This document shows, piece by piece, positions 17,437 through 26,806 of a stretch of DNA of 32,000 bases (within the stretch, counting starts at the first letter, position 1; each line of letters begins with the position of its first letter). The notes below the pieces were generated by a model, which saw only the letters and a list, made by a program, of their open reading frames with translations, searched no databases and was not told where the DNA came from. Position numbers and translations under genes: made by a program. The stretch is from Promethearchaeum syntrophicum. GTDB lineage: Archaea > Asgardarchaeota > Lokiarchaeia > Sigyniarchaeales > Promethearchaeaceae. Location of the stretch: the NCBI RefSeq assembly GCF_008000775.2, contig NZ_CP042905.2:240001-272000 (forward strand), in the 5' to 3' direction.

Positions 17437-17842
17437 TGAATTTAGTGTCGGTGATTCGGAATCTATTTCAAAAACGATCACAAATAATGATGTAATGGCT
17501 TTTGCAGAATTAACCACAGATTTCAATCCACTTCATGTAAATGAAGAGTACGCGAAGAAATCTATGTTTAAAAATCGAATAGCTCATGGAATGCTTAGTG
17601 GGGGGCTTATCTCAGCAGTTATTGGTATGAAAATGCCAGGCCCAGGTGCGTTATATTTGGACCAATATGTTAAATTTAAAAAACCAGTATTTATTGGAGA
17701 AACCTTAACTGCAACTGCAATAGTTAAAGAAAAATTGGTTAAAAAAGATGGCAAAATGAAACTATTAATTTTAACAACAAATGTAACCAACCAAGATGAT
17801 ATAATTGTTACTGAAGGGCAAGCAACGATTATGCTAACATGA
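17411..17842 (+). CDS. MaoC-like (R)-specific enoyl-CoA hydratase/dehydratase
   Basis: Hot-dog/MaoC motif AELTTDFNPLHVNEEYAKKSMFKNRIAHGMLSGGLISAVIGMKMPGPGALYLDQYVKFKKPVFIGETLTA. Start placed at the internal ATG 17411, since the upstream part of the ORF is the zinc-ribbon gene in another frame. Confidence 0.92.
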   Translation: MEIKKKSFDEFSVGDSESISKTITNNDVMAFAELTTDFNPLHVNEEYAKKSMFKNRIAHGMLSGGLISAVIGMKMPGPGALYLDQYVKFKKPVFIGETLTATAIVKEKLVKKDGKMKLLILTTNVTNQDDIIVTEGQATIMLT

Positions 17843-19126
17843 TTAATTTGGTTTCATTATTTTTTTCCCATTCATATATGGAATTAGGACTTCTGGAATT
17901 TTAATGGTTCCATCTGCTTGCTGATAATTTTCCAAAATACAACAAATTGTTCTTTGATTTGCGATTGCTGTGCTGTTTAGGGTATGGAGGGTCTGAAAGG
18001 ATGATTTATCACCAGGAATACCACTTCTAATATTTAATTTCCTCGCTTGATAATCAGTACAATTACTACAAGATACTAATTCTCGATAAGTTTTACTTGC
18101 AGGAAAATATCCTTCTAAGTCATATTTTTTTGCTGCATTATCATTTAATTCTCCACTTGCAATAGAAACAACTCGATATGGGATTTTGAGGTTTTCATAT
18201 ATTTTTTCAGCATTTGAAATAAGTTCTTCTTGAAGATCATTTGAATCTTCGGGTTTGCAGAAAATAAATTGTTCTATTTTTTCAAATCTATGGACCCGAA
18301 ATATTCCTAGAGTATCTTTTCCATGGGAACCAGCTTCCCGACGGAAACATGATGAGATCCCACAATATCTTCGAGGGAGTGTTTTTTCATCAATAACTTC
18401 TTTTCTATGAAGGGCTGCAAGAGTTTGTTCACTTGTCGCTATTAAATATAGATCTTCACCTTCAATTTTATAAAGTTGCTCCTCAAAATCTGCTAATTCA
18501 GCAGCCTCAGCCATGACCTCATGTTTCATAAAATATGGTGTCCAAAATGGGGTAAATCCTTTATCCGTTAAAAAATCTAAAGCATATTGAAGTAAAGCTA
18601 AATTTAATTTAACTAAATCTCCTTTAAGATAATAAAATCTAGACCCTGCTATTTTTGTTGCTTTCTCAATTTCAGCCCCATCAATCATTGAGACTAAATC
18701 AACATGATTATGAACCTCAAACTTAAATTTAGGAATATCACCTAAGGTTCGGAGTGTTTTATCGCCTTCTTCATTTTCCGCTATCGGTACATCAGATATC
18801 AATATATTTCCAACTTTATGCCTATAGAAATCACGCTTTTTAAGATATTCTTCCACTAAAGGCTCAGTTTCTTGAATTTTTTCTTTAATTTTTGCAGATT
18901 TTTTTTTTACTTTAGCGATTTTCTCGGGTCCTTCCTTAGCTACGGTTTTAAATGAACGTGAAACTTTATTACGTTCTGCACGTAAATCTTGAAGATCTTG
19001 TAATGCTTTTCTCCATTTAGTATCAAATTCAATTACTTTATCTACATTTTGTGTTTCTCGGAATCTTTTTCTTTCTGATTCTCGTATAATATCTGGATTC
19101 TCGCGAAATAACTTAATATCTAACAT
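17843..19126 (-). CDS. serS: Seryl-tRNA synthetase (canonical bacterial/common type)
   Basis: MLDIKLFRENPDIIRES, LIATSEQTLAALHRKEVIDEKTLPRRYCGISSCFRREAGSHGKDTLGIFRVHRFEKIEQFIFC, and class II motif 3 NSTAIANQRTICCILENYQQADGTIKIPEVLIPYM. Confidence 0.97.
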   Translation of the reverse strand: MLDIKLFRENPDIIRESERKRFRETQNVDKVIEFDTKWRKALQDLQDLRAERNKVSRSFKTVAKEGPEKIAKVKKKSAKIKEKIQETEPLVEEYLKKRDFYRHKVGNILISDVPIAENEEGDKTLRTLGDIPKFKFEVHNHVDLVSMIDGAEIEKATKIAGSRFYYLKGDLVKLNLALLQYALDFLTDKGFTPFWTPYFMKHEVMAEAAELADFEEQLYKIEGEDLYLIATSEQTLAALHRKEVIDEKTLPRRYCGISSCFRREAGSHGKDTLGIFRVHRFEKIEQFIFCKPEDSNDLQEELISNAEKIYENLKIPYRVVSIASGELNDNAAKKYDLEGYFPASKTYRELVSCSNCTDYQARKLNIRSGIPGDKSSFQTLHTLNSTAIANQRTICCILENYQQADGTIKIPEVLIPYMNGKKIMKPN

Positions 19127-19183
19127 TTTTTTTCTCCTTAGATATCTAATTAAATATCGATTTTTAGATTATTGATAGAAGAA

Positions 19184-20848
19184 TTAGTTTATAATTGTTC
19201 CTTCCACTAATCGATCACTAATGACCGAAGAAATCTGAACGTCATAAAAATTTCCTATATATTTAGCCGCATTTTTAACGGTAATTTTAGGCCCTCCTTC
19301 TAAAATCCAACCAATTGCATCCTTCGGGTTTAACATATTTGCTTCCGATAAGAAAACTTTTACAATTTTCCCAAGCATTTTCTGCTTTTGTGAACGGTTG
19401 TAATTTATTACGAAACGTTTGATTTTGTTGAAATTTTTGATTGTTTTTTTGTTAAAATGAATTAAACTTCGGGATATTTGATAAAAGGGAGATCCTGGTA
19501 ATTCTTGATACTTATATATAGTAATTTTATCTATTCCAAGGTTTGAAAATTTATTCAACAATTCTAATGTTTCCTTGGTATATTTTTCATTATCTCCTGG
19601 CAATGAATGAATAAAATATACATGAATTCGAATTCCTCTTTCAATTGCTCGAGATACTGCATCAAAAGTCTGGTCAGGGGATCCAGGTCTTCCTAATAAA
19701 TTACTAAATTCTTTAGACCCGGTTTCACATCCTATGGAAAAAATGGCTTTTGGAATTTTTGCGATGATATCTAATGCTCGATTGGTACATAGTGATGCTT
19801 TGACATTTTCAATAAATAATTGAACTTCATGATTCTTTATTTTATCCATAGATACCAATTGGTTGATGAACAGTTCTAAAGATTCATAATTCGGTTCTGG
19901 AAAAGAAGGATTTATTAACGAACCTGGAATTAAATCTTCTCTATGAAAATCAAGAAAACCAGGTCCTCCTAAAACTATTCTAGTAACCCCCATTTCAATT
20001 AATGTTTTTATTTCTGTAATAAGGGTGGAAATATCTCGTGATTTTGGATGTCCAAATTCATTAATTGTAGAGCAAAAACCACATCCCGGGGGAATTTGAA
20101 TCGGACAATTCATTTGCGTTTTAAAATTCTCTTTTCTACATATGTTACATTGATTATTCATACACAATTCAGTATCTTTTATTTTTAATCCAGTCCTTCG
20201 AAAATTTGAGCACCCTCGTAATGTTTCTACGAATATTCTTGCAGTTTTATAATCTTTGTAACTTTTCAATTTATGGGGAAATCCAGAGGTGGTTGCGAAC
20301 CATTTGTTTTCTGTCGGTGAAATTTTTGGATTACTCGAAATTTTATTCAATTGTTTAAATGAAGCCCCAGGGATTGATGAAAACAAATCAAATTTCCATT
20401 TCGGATCCTTTGAAGCCTTTAAATTTTGTTTGATAATTGATAGATTTTTTTGAAACAGTGCTACTAAGGCAAATTCGCCTACCCCATTAATTGATAAATC
20501 AACATTTTTCATCTTATATAATAAATTATCATCAGATGTAATAGGACCGCCAATAATTGCCAACCGATTTGAAGGATTAGGGTGAAATTCAGACCAAATA
20601 TTAAAAATTCTTTGAGTTATTCGGAGATCCATTGTCATAGAAGAAATGCATATGATGGGAAAACGTTTTAACATTTCAATTTTTTCGGAAATAATTGTTT
20701 CTCCACGAATTAACGTGGTTTTTACTTCACCTTTAGATATTTTTTCTATAAAACCAGCAACGAATCTTGGACCGGCTCCAATAAAATCTCTAGTAAAAAT
20801 TCTTTTTCCTTCCCCAACTGTTAGACAATCTACTACTAATAATTCGAT
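19184..20848 (-). CDS. B12-binding-domain radical SAM protein; start codon uncertain (the track's ATG at 20674 truncates the B12-like domain)
   Basis: ETLRGCSNF...CPIQIPPGCGFCSTINEFG radical SAM-type cluster region. Upstream in-frame IELLVVDCLTVGEGKRIFTRDFIGAGPRFVAGFIEKISKGEVKTTLI matches the N-terminus of archaeal B12/radical SAM proteins; in-frame TAG at 20869-20867. Confidence 0.75.
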   Translation of the reverse strand: MELLVVDCLTVGEGKRIFTRDFIGAGPRFVAGFIEKISKGEVKTTLIRGETIISEKIEMLKRFPIICISSMTMDLRITQRIFNIWSEFHPNPSNRLAIIGGPITSDDNLLYKMKNVDLSINGVGEFALVALFQKNLSIIKQNLKASKDPKWKFDLFSSIPGASFKQLNKISSNPKISPTENKWFATTSGFPHKLKSYKDYKTARIFVETLRGCSNFRRTGLKIKDTELCMNNQCNICRKENFKTQMNCPIQIPPGCGFCSTINEFGHPKSRDISTLITEIKTLIEMGVTRIVLGGPGFLDFHREDLIPGSLINPSFPEPNYESLELFINQLVSMDKIKNHEVQLFIENVKASLCTNRALDIIAKIPKAIFSIGCETGSKEFSNLLGRPGSPDQTFDAVSRAIERGIRIHVYFIHSLPGDNEKYTKETLELLNKFSNLGIDKITIYKYQELPGSPFYQISRSLIHFNKKTIKNFNKIKRFVINYNRSQKQKMLGKIVKVFLSEANMLNPKDAIGWILEGGPKITVKNAAKYIGNFYDVQISSVISDRLVEGTIIN

Positions 20849-20936
20849 TCTTCTCCCTCCTATTCCCTATACTGTAGAATATTTATCAATAATATATAAA
20901 CAACATTATTATATAAACTACAGATTTAATCTTCAT

Positions 20937-21698
20937 GTGTCATTATCACCCGAATGGCGATCAGATCTTCTTATTATGTTATGCACAGCTACTTATACAA
21001 TTTTATCTATTCTTATCCCTAAATTTTTAAAAGAAAGAGAAATTATTACCAAATTTACTGCCCGAAAATTAATTCATAGTTTCTCAGGTTTAGCAGTTCT
21101 GGTTGCTCCTTATCTTTATTATCCCTTTTTAGCGGTGATTTTTGCCCTTCTAATGACTGCATTTATGCGGTTTAGTGGGAAGAAGAGTAAAACTAAACCT
21201 TTAAAACAATTATTTGATGCTATTGGAGAAGATGAAGAACTTCAATTAGGGTATTTACAAGGTCCTTTTTCATATTGCTTAGCAATTACAATTCTAACAA
21301 TGATTTTTGCTTTCTTTCAAGATAAATTTTCTATCCCAATTTCAGCGATTCTTATTATGATGTATGCAGATGTTTTGGCTGCTTACGTTGGACGGAGATA
21401 TGGAAAACACCATATTTACATTCCAGGAATTGGAAACAAACGGACTCTTGAAGGATCCTTGACATTCTTAGTTTCTTCATTATTACTTAGTATTTTAACG
21501 TTTTTCTTTTATGGCCAAATTTTGCCAGGATATTCCATAATTCTATCTACAGGAAATGTTTTTCTTTTAAGTATTTTAATCAGCTTCATATCAACAATCT
21601 TAGAATTGTTTAGCCCCTCTAAATATGACGATCTTATAGTTCCACTTGGTTCTACATTAATTGTATCTGTATTTGCAATATTAATGAACGTTTGGTAG
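20937..21698 (+). CDS. Sec59/dolichol kinase-type (phosphatidate cytidylyltransferase-like) membrane protein
   Basis: ARKLIHSFSGLAVLVAPYLYYP...ILIMMYADVLAAYVGRRYGKHHIYIPGIGNKRTLEGSLTFLVSS. The track ORF begins at 20646, but start GTG 20937 or ATG 20976 is more plausible because the 5' part is antisense to the radical SAM gene. Confidence 0.82.
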   Translation: MSLSPEWRSDLLIMLCTATYTILSILIPKFLKEREIITKFTARKLIHSFSGLAVLVAPYLYYPFLAVIFALLMTAFMRFSGKKSKTKPLKQLFDAIGEDEELQLGYLQGPFSYCLAITILTMIFAFFQDKFSIPISAILIMMYADVLAAYVGRRYGKHHIYIPGIGNKRTLEGSLTFLVSSLLLSILTFFFYGQILPGYSIILSTGNVFLLSILISFISTILELFSPSKYDDLIVPLGSTLIVSVFAILMNVW

Positions 21699-21705
21699 AA
21701 GTCTT

Positions 21706-22611
21706 ATGGCTAAAATAAAACTTAAAAACTACTTAGAAATAATGCGACCAATCAATTGTGTTATGGGAGGATTTACTGTATTTATTGGATTGCTAATTTC
21801 TCACCCTGAACCAGATTTTCTATCATTTATTCAGAATTCTGTAAATATTTTCTTAATTATTGCAGGATTTCTAATCTTTTTTTTAGTAGCTGGAGGGACC
21901 AACGCAATAAATGATTATTTTGATTATGAAATCGATAAGATTAACCGCCCAAATCGTCCAATTCCACGAGGAGATATCACTCTAAAACAATCCCTCCAAT
22001 ATTATGTTTTTTTAAATGTCATAGCATTGATTTTAGCTATAATTATTGGATTTATAACTGTTAATGGGATTTTAATCCCTTTAATTGTTTTATTCTTTCA
22101 ATTTATCGGTTATTTGTATGCCTGGAAAGCAAAAGCATCTGGATTGCCTGGAAATATTATTGTTGGGGTTACTAGTGCAGTAGGATTTCCTTTTGCAGCA
22201 CTTTTTATCAATAAAATTCAAGAAATTCCTTCATTAATTTGGGCTATTTATATTGCTGCATCAATTTTTCAAACTTCGCGTGAATTTGTTAAGGGAATGC
22301 AAGATGTTGAAGGAGATAAGAAGTTTAAAATTAAAACTATTGCAAATTTACATGGATATAAGACCGCAACCATTTTTATGGTGACTTTTTCTTCTATTGG
22401 GGCGATTCTGTTCACATTAATGATTTTTTTCTTCGGATTAAATATTTTTCATATTATTTTCATTATTATTGCAGATGCTATTGTGGTTACTTTAAATATC
22501 CTCCTAATTTCCAATCCTATTGATCCAAAGAAGCAAAAAATATCAAGTCTTTTAATAAAAATTGCAGGAGCTATACTAATTCTTGCTTTTCTCTTCGGAT
22601 ATTTTCTTTAA
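21706..22611 (+). CDS. UbiA-family prenyltransferase, probably digeranylgeranylglyceryl phosphate synthase
   Basis: GGTNAINDYFDYEIDKINRPNRPIPRGDI (NDxxDxxxD), multiple TM segments, GMQDVEGDKKFKIKTIA second Asp-rich motif. Confidence 0.92.
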   Translation: MAKIKLKNYLEIMRPINCVMGGFTVFIGLLISHPEPDFLSFIQNSVNIFLIIAGFLIFFLVAGGTNAINDYFDYEIDKINRPNRPIPRGDITLKQSLQYYVFLNVIALILAIIIGFITVNGILIPLIVLFFQFIGYLYAWKAKASGLPGNIIVGVTSAVGFPFAALFINKIQEIPSLIWAIYIAASIFQTSREFVKGMQDVEGDKKFKIKTIANLHGYKTATIFMVTFSSIGAILFTLMIFFFGLNIFHIIFIIIADAIVVTLNILLISNPIDPKKQKISSLLIKIAGAILILAFLFGYFL

Positions 22612-22676
22612 GAAATTTTTTTTTAGAGGAAAATTTTTAATTTTTCATGACTTAGACTTCCATACTAATTAGTAAT

Positions 22677-23495
22677 TTGGCGAAAAATATGACAGATGAA
22701 GAATCAAAAAATGTAAACGAAACTAAGCCAGAATCGGAAATTAAGAAAGAATCTGAAGCAAAAGAAGAAGTAAAAGTCGATGATGAAAAAACCGAGGGAG
22801 AAGAAAAAAAGAAATATATTTTCAATTGCACAAAATGTGGTAACTGCTGTGCAAATCGCGGTCCTATCCCATTAGTAATGGATGACTTGATAATGTGGGC
22901 TAAAAACAACGTGGTTGCGAATATGATGCCCTATCTCCAATTCATTAAAACTCCATACGGCACAATCGATTTGGTAATGGCTCGAACAAACAAAAATCCT
23001 TATGATTTTTTGCAGAAAAAAGAAAAGGAAGATGAGGACGAAGAAGAAGAACCAAAGGATATTTCTTGCCCTATGTATAATAAAGAAACAAAAGAATGCT
23101 TGATTTATGATAACCGGCCCTTAAGTTGTCAAACTTATCCTCTAGAATTTGATGGACAAAAATATATGGTTGTGGATACGGAAGATTGTGAAGGAATTGG
23201 AAATGGAGAAACAACCAATGAAGAAAGAAAAGAAATGCGGGACTTAGCTAAATCAATGAATATTAAATTAACTGAAATGAGAATTGCAATGCCTATTTTA
23301 GCTCAAGCTTTTCAACCATTCGTTTTAAATGAAATTATGGATGCTCAAAGAAGATATATGGAAGCAATGGAAAAAATGTCTCCTGAAGAAAGGGAAAAAG
23401 TTGAACAACAAATGAAAGACCGAATGGAACAAGATCAAGACGGTTCAAAGGTTGATGTAGATAATCCAACCGAAGATACAGATGCAACCAAATAA
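22677..23495 (+). CDS. YkgJ-like zinc/iron-chelating CxxxxxCC family protein
   Basis: FNCTKCGNCCANRG...CPMYNKETKECLIYDNRPLSCQTYPLEF; acidic low-complexity N- and C-terminal extensions. Confidence 0.9.
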   Translation: MAKNMTDEESKNVNETKPESEIKKESEAKEEVKVDDEKTEGEEKKKYIFNCTKCGNCCANRGPIPLVMDDLIMWAKNNVVANMMPYLQFIKTPYGTIDLVMARTNKNPYDFLQKKEKEDEDEEEEPKDISCPMYNKETKECLIYDNRPLSCQTYPLEFDGQKYMVVDTEDCEGIGNGETTNEERKEMRDLAKSMNIKLTEMRIAMPILAQAFQPFVLNEIMDAQRRYMEAMEKMSPEEREKVEQQMKDRMEQDQDGSKVDVDNPTEDTDATK

Positions 23496-23521
23496 ATTCT
23501 TCTTATTATATTTTTTTTATT

Positions 23522-24616
23522 TTATTCTTTAATAATCTTGGAAGCCGCTCTGCGTAATCTATTCATGACAGCTAATCCAATTTTTTTATCTGATATTCCT
23601 TCAACAATAACTAAATCAATTTTTTGGTTATCCACCGCTCTTAAGGTAGAAAATAAACCCTCTGCAATTTTATCAGCATTAATTGAATTATCTGAATCAG
23701 TTTTTGAGTCTAATGACCCCAAATATATTATTTTACAATTAGGATCATCTAATATCTCACTGGAAATTTGAATATTTTTATGTGTATGAATTATTCCAAT
23801 AATTATTCTTTGTAAACGATATTCCGAATACAGTGAAACAATCTTTTCTTCAAAAAATTTTATAGATCCTTCTATTAAAACTATTTCTGCTTTGGGAGAA
23901 TAATGCTTATATTTTAATCCAGGAGATTGAGGGCTATATTCATCCAGTTTATCAATATTTTTTTCACGATACATTTCTATTTCAGGGAGATATTCTCTTA
24001 ATTTCTCAAGATTGACCCCTCCAGGTCTTAAAATAACAGAAAACCCTTTATGCACATCAATCACTGTTGATTCTACACCAACATCACAAGAACCACCATC
24101 AATTATCAATGGGATTTTTCCCTGCAAATCATCAAATACGTGCTTTGCTTGTGTGGGGCTTGGTCGCGATGATAAATTGGCACTAGGAGCTGCGATTGGA
24201 ATTCCTAAAGTTTTTATTAATGCTAAAGCAAGAGGTTGAGATGGCATTCGAACTGCAACAGTACTCAATCCAGCAGTTACAATATCAGGAATTTTATCTG
24301 ATTTATCAAATAAAATAGTTAATGGACCAGGCCAAAATCTTTCACATAATTTTCGGATTTTTTCTGGAATTGTTTTTACTATGCTTGAAAGCATTTCAAG
24401 ATCGGAAATATGAACAATCATAGGATTATCGGAAGGACGCCCCTTCGCTTTAAAAATTTTTCGAACTGCTGTTTCCGAAAACGCTGAACCTCCTAAACCA
24501 TAAACTGTTTCTGTAGGAAAAGCTACAATTTCATCGCGTTTTATTAAATCTACAGCTTCTTGTAGTTGATCTATTGAAAAATTAAGAGGATCCAATCGAA
24601 TAATTTTTGTATACAT
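23522..24616 (-). CDS. sua5: L-threonylcarbamoyladenylate synthase, Sua5 type with C-terminal domain
   Basis: IVAFPTETVYGLGGSAFSETAVRKIFKAKGRPSDNPMIVHI, GVESTVIDV, RPGGVNLEKLREYLP, SPGLKYKHYSPKAEIVL linker. Confidence 0.96.
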   Translation of the reverse strand: MYTKIIRLDPLNFSIDQLQEAVDLIKRDEIVAFPTETVYGLGGSAFSETAVRKIFKAKGRPSDNPMIVHISDLEMLSSIVKTIPEKIRKLCERFWPGPLTILFDKSDKIPDIVTAGLSTVAVRMPSQPLALALIKTLGIPIAAPSANLSSRPSPTQAKHVFDDLQGKIPLIIDGGSCDVGVESTVIDVHKGFSVILRPGGVNLEKLREYLPEIEMYREKNIDKLDEYSPQSPGLKYKHYSPKAEIVLIEGSIKFFEEKIVSLYSEYRLQRIIIGIIHTHKNIQISSEILDDPNCKIIYLGSLDSKTDSDNSINADKIAEGLFSTLRAVDNQKIDLVIVEGISDKKIGLAVMNRLRRAASKIIKE

Positions 24617-24682
24617 CTATTCTCTGATCTCTAAAACATAATTAAAAAATTAAGGTTTATTTTAATGAAAATAATTGCTGAT

Positions 24683-24913
24683 TTATAGTAAATCTGAAAT
24701 TTTTTTACCTAAATCTTCAGCACTGTGCATTCTCGCATACAACATGATATTATCGAAGTGTTGGATAAGTGAAAGATTATATGCAGAAATAGAGAATTCA
24801 CTATCAGATTCTTCAATTTGATTAAAAAAATAGTTATAAATGATTTGCAATTTCTCCTTTACTATTGCTCGAGGTTTTTTATGGAATTTCGTAATTTTCT
24901 TCGTGGATTTCAT
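24683..24913 (-). CDS. Small hypothetical protein
   Basis: 76 aa ORF with basic N-terminus upstream of sua5 on the same strand; no family recognised. Confidence 0.35.
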   Translation of the reverse strand: MKSTKKITKFHKKPRAIVKEKLQIIYNYFFNQIEESDSEFSISAYNLSLIQHFDNIMLYARMHSAEDLGKKISDLL

Positions 24914-25124
24914 CTGTTTTCCTTTGTTTTTTTTTAGAAAATCTATTAATTTTTTTAGGTTTTAAAGTTGGTTTTTGATAATAATTGATTAAATCCATGA
25001 ATTTTTTCTTCTTGATTAAGTCTATTATTTCCTTTCCATTAAAAAATTCGAATTTAAATAAGTTAAAAATTAAGAATTATATATCACCTTTCGTGATAGA
25101 AAAATTCAAAAAAATGATGAAATA

Positions 25125-26678
25125 ATGAGCGGATTTGACAAAAATAAAAAACCTGATCAAGGAACTATAGATTTCATTGAAGGTTTCATGAGCTTTAGTT
25201 CAAATATGTTTGCTATGCCCGTTGCAATGCCGAGCCATCATGATTTAATATCGAATACTGCTGTTAAAATGGCAAAAGATATAGGCAGACTTGAAGATTT
25301 AAGTTCTAAGAGGGAATCTGAAAATGAAATCCAATATTATAAAGATTTATTGATAAATTGGATTGCAAATGGATGGATTAAGGATCCATCAAAGATGAGC
25401 ATCGATGGATATTTTAATAATCCAGATAATGGATGTCCTAATTGTGGTTGGAAAAATGAATCATCAAAGATGATAACAACTTGTTTCAACTGCCAAACAG
25501 GTATGATTAAAGTAGATGATAAATGGTTTAAAGTCAATGACTATATAGATCCAGAGGGATTCTATATCCCTGCGATATACAAGCATAGTACATATGAAAT
25601 GGATAACATAAAGAAGAAGCAGAATGGATTCTTCAGAAATCCTACTAATATAGCAATTCCGTTAGGATACCATGATTTTGTTCAAGATTGGAGGAAATTT
25701 TCACTCAAATGTCGATATCAAAAGCAAATGGATCCAGGTTTACACGCTGTTGTAGAGGCAGTTAATTTAGATCCCTTAAATAGTGCTCTTTGGCGAGAAT
25801 TGATTATCTTTGGTTTTGGTTCGGGTTTTACTGATATTGGTTTTATCGCATCGAAATTAATTATGAAATTGTATCCAGATGATTATTACACAAAATCCCA
25901 TTTTAAAAAAAATTTTGATGACAAAGAAATTAAGTTAAAACTCTTCAAGCAAGGAATGACATATATTCATAATAATGAGTTTGAAAAAGGATTATCATCC
26001 TTTTGTGCTGGTATGAAAATTGAGAATATATATGATTTTCACAGGGATATTGTTTATGGAATGGGTTGGGCATATTTTCATATGAATAAAATTGATATGG
26101 CATTACCATATTTTGAAGAAGCTCTCAAAAATAAGAATTCAAAATCATTTTTGCCCCATATTGAGGATTCTTGTAATTTTAAAATCGGATTAATATATAC
26201 AGTGAATAATAAGTTTAAGAAGGGTCTACCTTATTTAGAAAAAGCACTACTTGCAGATCCAAGTGATGATGGAATTAGGAGATGGGTTAATATTGCAAAA
26301 AATGGAATAGCAGATCCAATTAAAAACAAAATAATAACAAGCTCTGTAGATTTTTATGGATATAATAAAAGATCGGATGATAGGAAAGAATTTAGCAAAA
26401 ATTATAGTAGATCGGAAAAAAAGAAAGTGTTTAACAGAGAAAATAATAGATCATCTAAGAGTAAATTGATTGATACTTTTGATTTTGGTTTTAAATATCT
26501 TATGAATGAAGAAATCCGATCTCAATTTGATATAATGCATCTTAAAGTAACAAATAAAGAAAAATTAATCAGTCAACTCTCAAATTGGATAGAGGAACAA
26601 GTCCGTCAAAGTGGTGAATTTGTTGCATATCCTGAAATTTATCATAAAACGAGCGAATTTGTTCAATTGAATTTGTAA
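25125..26678 (+). CDS. Zinc-ribbon + TPR-repeat protein
   Basis: NGCPNCGWKNESSKMITTCFNCQTGM (CPxC...CxxC) then TPR-like repeats: YVH-type NNEFEKGLSSFCAGMKIENIYDFHRDIVYGMGWAYFHMNKIDMALPYFEEALK, CNFKIGLIYTVNNKFKKGLPYLEKALLADPSDDG. Confidence 0.7.
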   Translation: MSGFDKNKKPDQGTIDFIEGFMSFSSNMFAMPVAMPSHHDLISNTAVKMAKDIGRLEDLSSKRESENEIQYYKDLLINWIANGWIKDPSKMSIDGYFNNPDNGCPNCGWKNESSKMITTCFNCQTGMIKVDDKWFKVNDYIDPEGFYIPAIYKHSTYEMDNIKKKQNGFFRNPTNIAIPLGYHDFVQDWRKFSLKCRYQKQMDPGLHAVVEAVNLDPLNSALWRELIIFGFGSGFTDIGFIASKLIMKLYPDDYYTKSHFKKNFDDKEIKLKLFKQGMTYIHNNEFEKGLSSFCAGMKIENIYDFHRDIVYGMGWAYFHMNKIDMALPYFEEALKNKNSKSFLPHIEDSCNFKIGLIYTVNNKFKKGLPYLEKALLADPSDDGIRRWVNIAKNGIADPIKNKIITSSVDFYGYNKRSDDRKEFSKNYSRSEKKKVFNRENNRSSKSKLIDTFDFGFKYLMNEEIRSQFDIMHLKVTNKEKLISQLSNWIEEQVRQSGEFVAYPEIYHKTSEFVQLNL

Positions 26679-26806
26679 TTCTTTTCACCATCCTCTATTA
26701 TTTATGTGGTCCTCGTACATTTTGATTTTTTATTTTCTTTTATTAATATCTATTGATTTAAAATTAAATATGTCAAAAAAAAAATAAAAAATGTGAGATA
26801 AAAGAA

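Noticed and set aside
20646-20936. N-terminal ~97 aa of track ORF 20646..21698
   Set aside because: Overlaps the conserved 5' part of the divergent radical SAM gene; Sec59-like similarity begins only after about 20976.
24683-24913. Possible RNase P component 4 (Rpr2)-like protein
   Set aside because: The basic N-terminus and helical content are vaguely similar, but the zinc-binding cysteines of Rpr2 are absent, so the call is not supportable.
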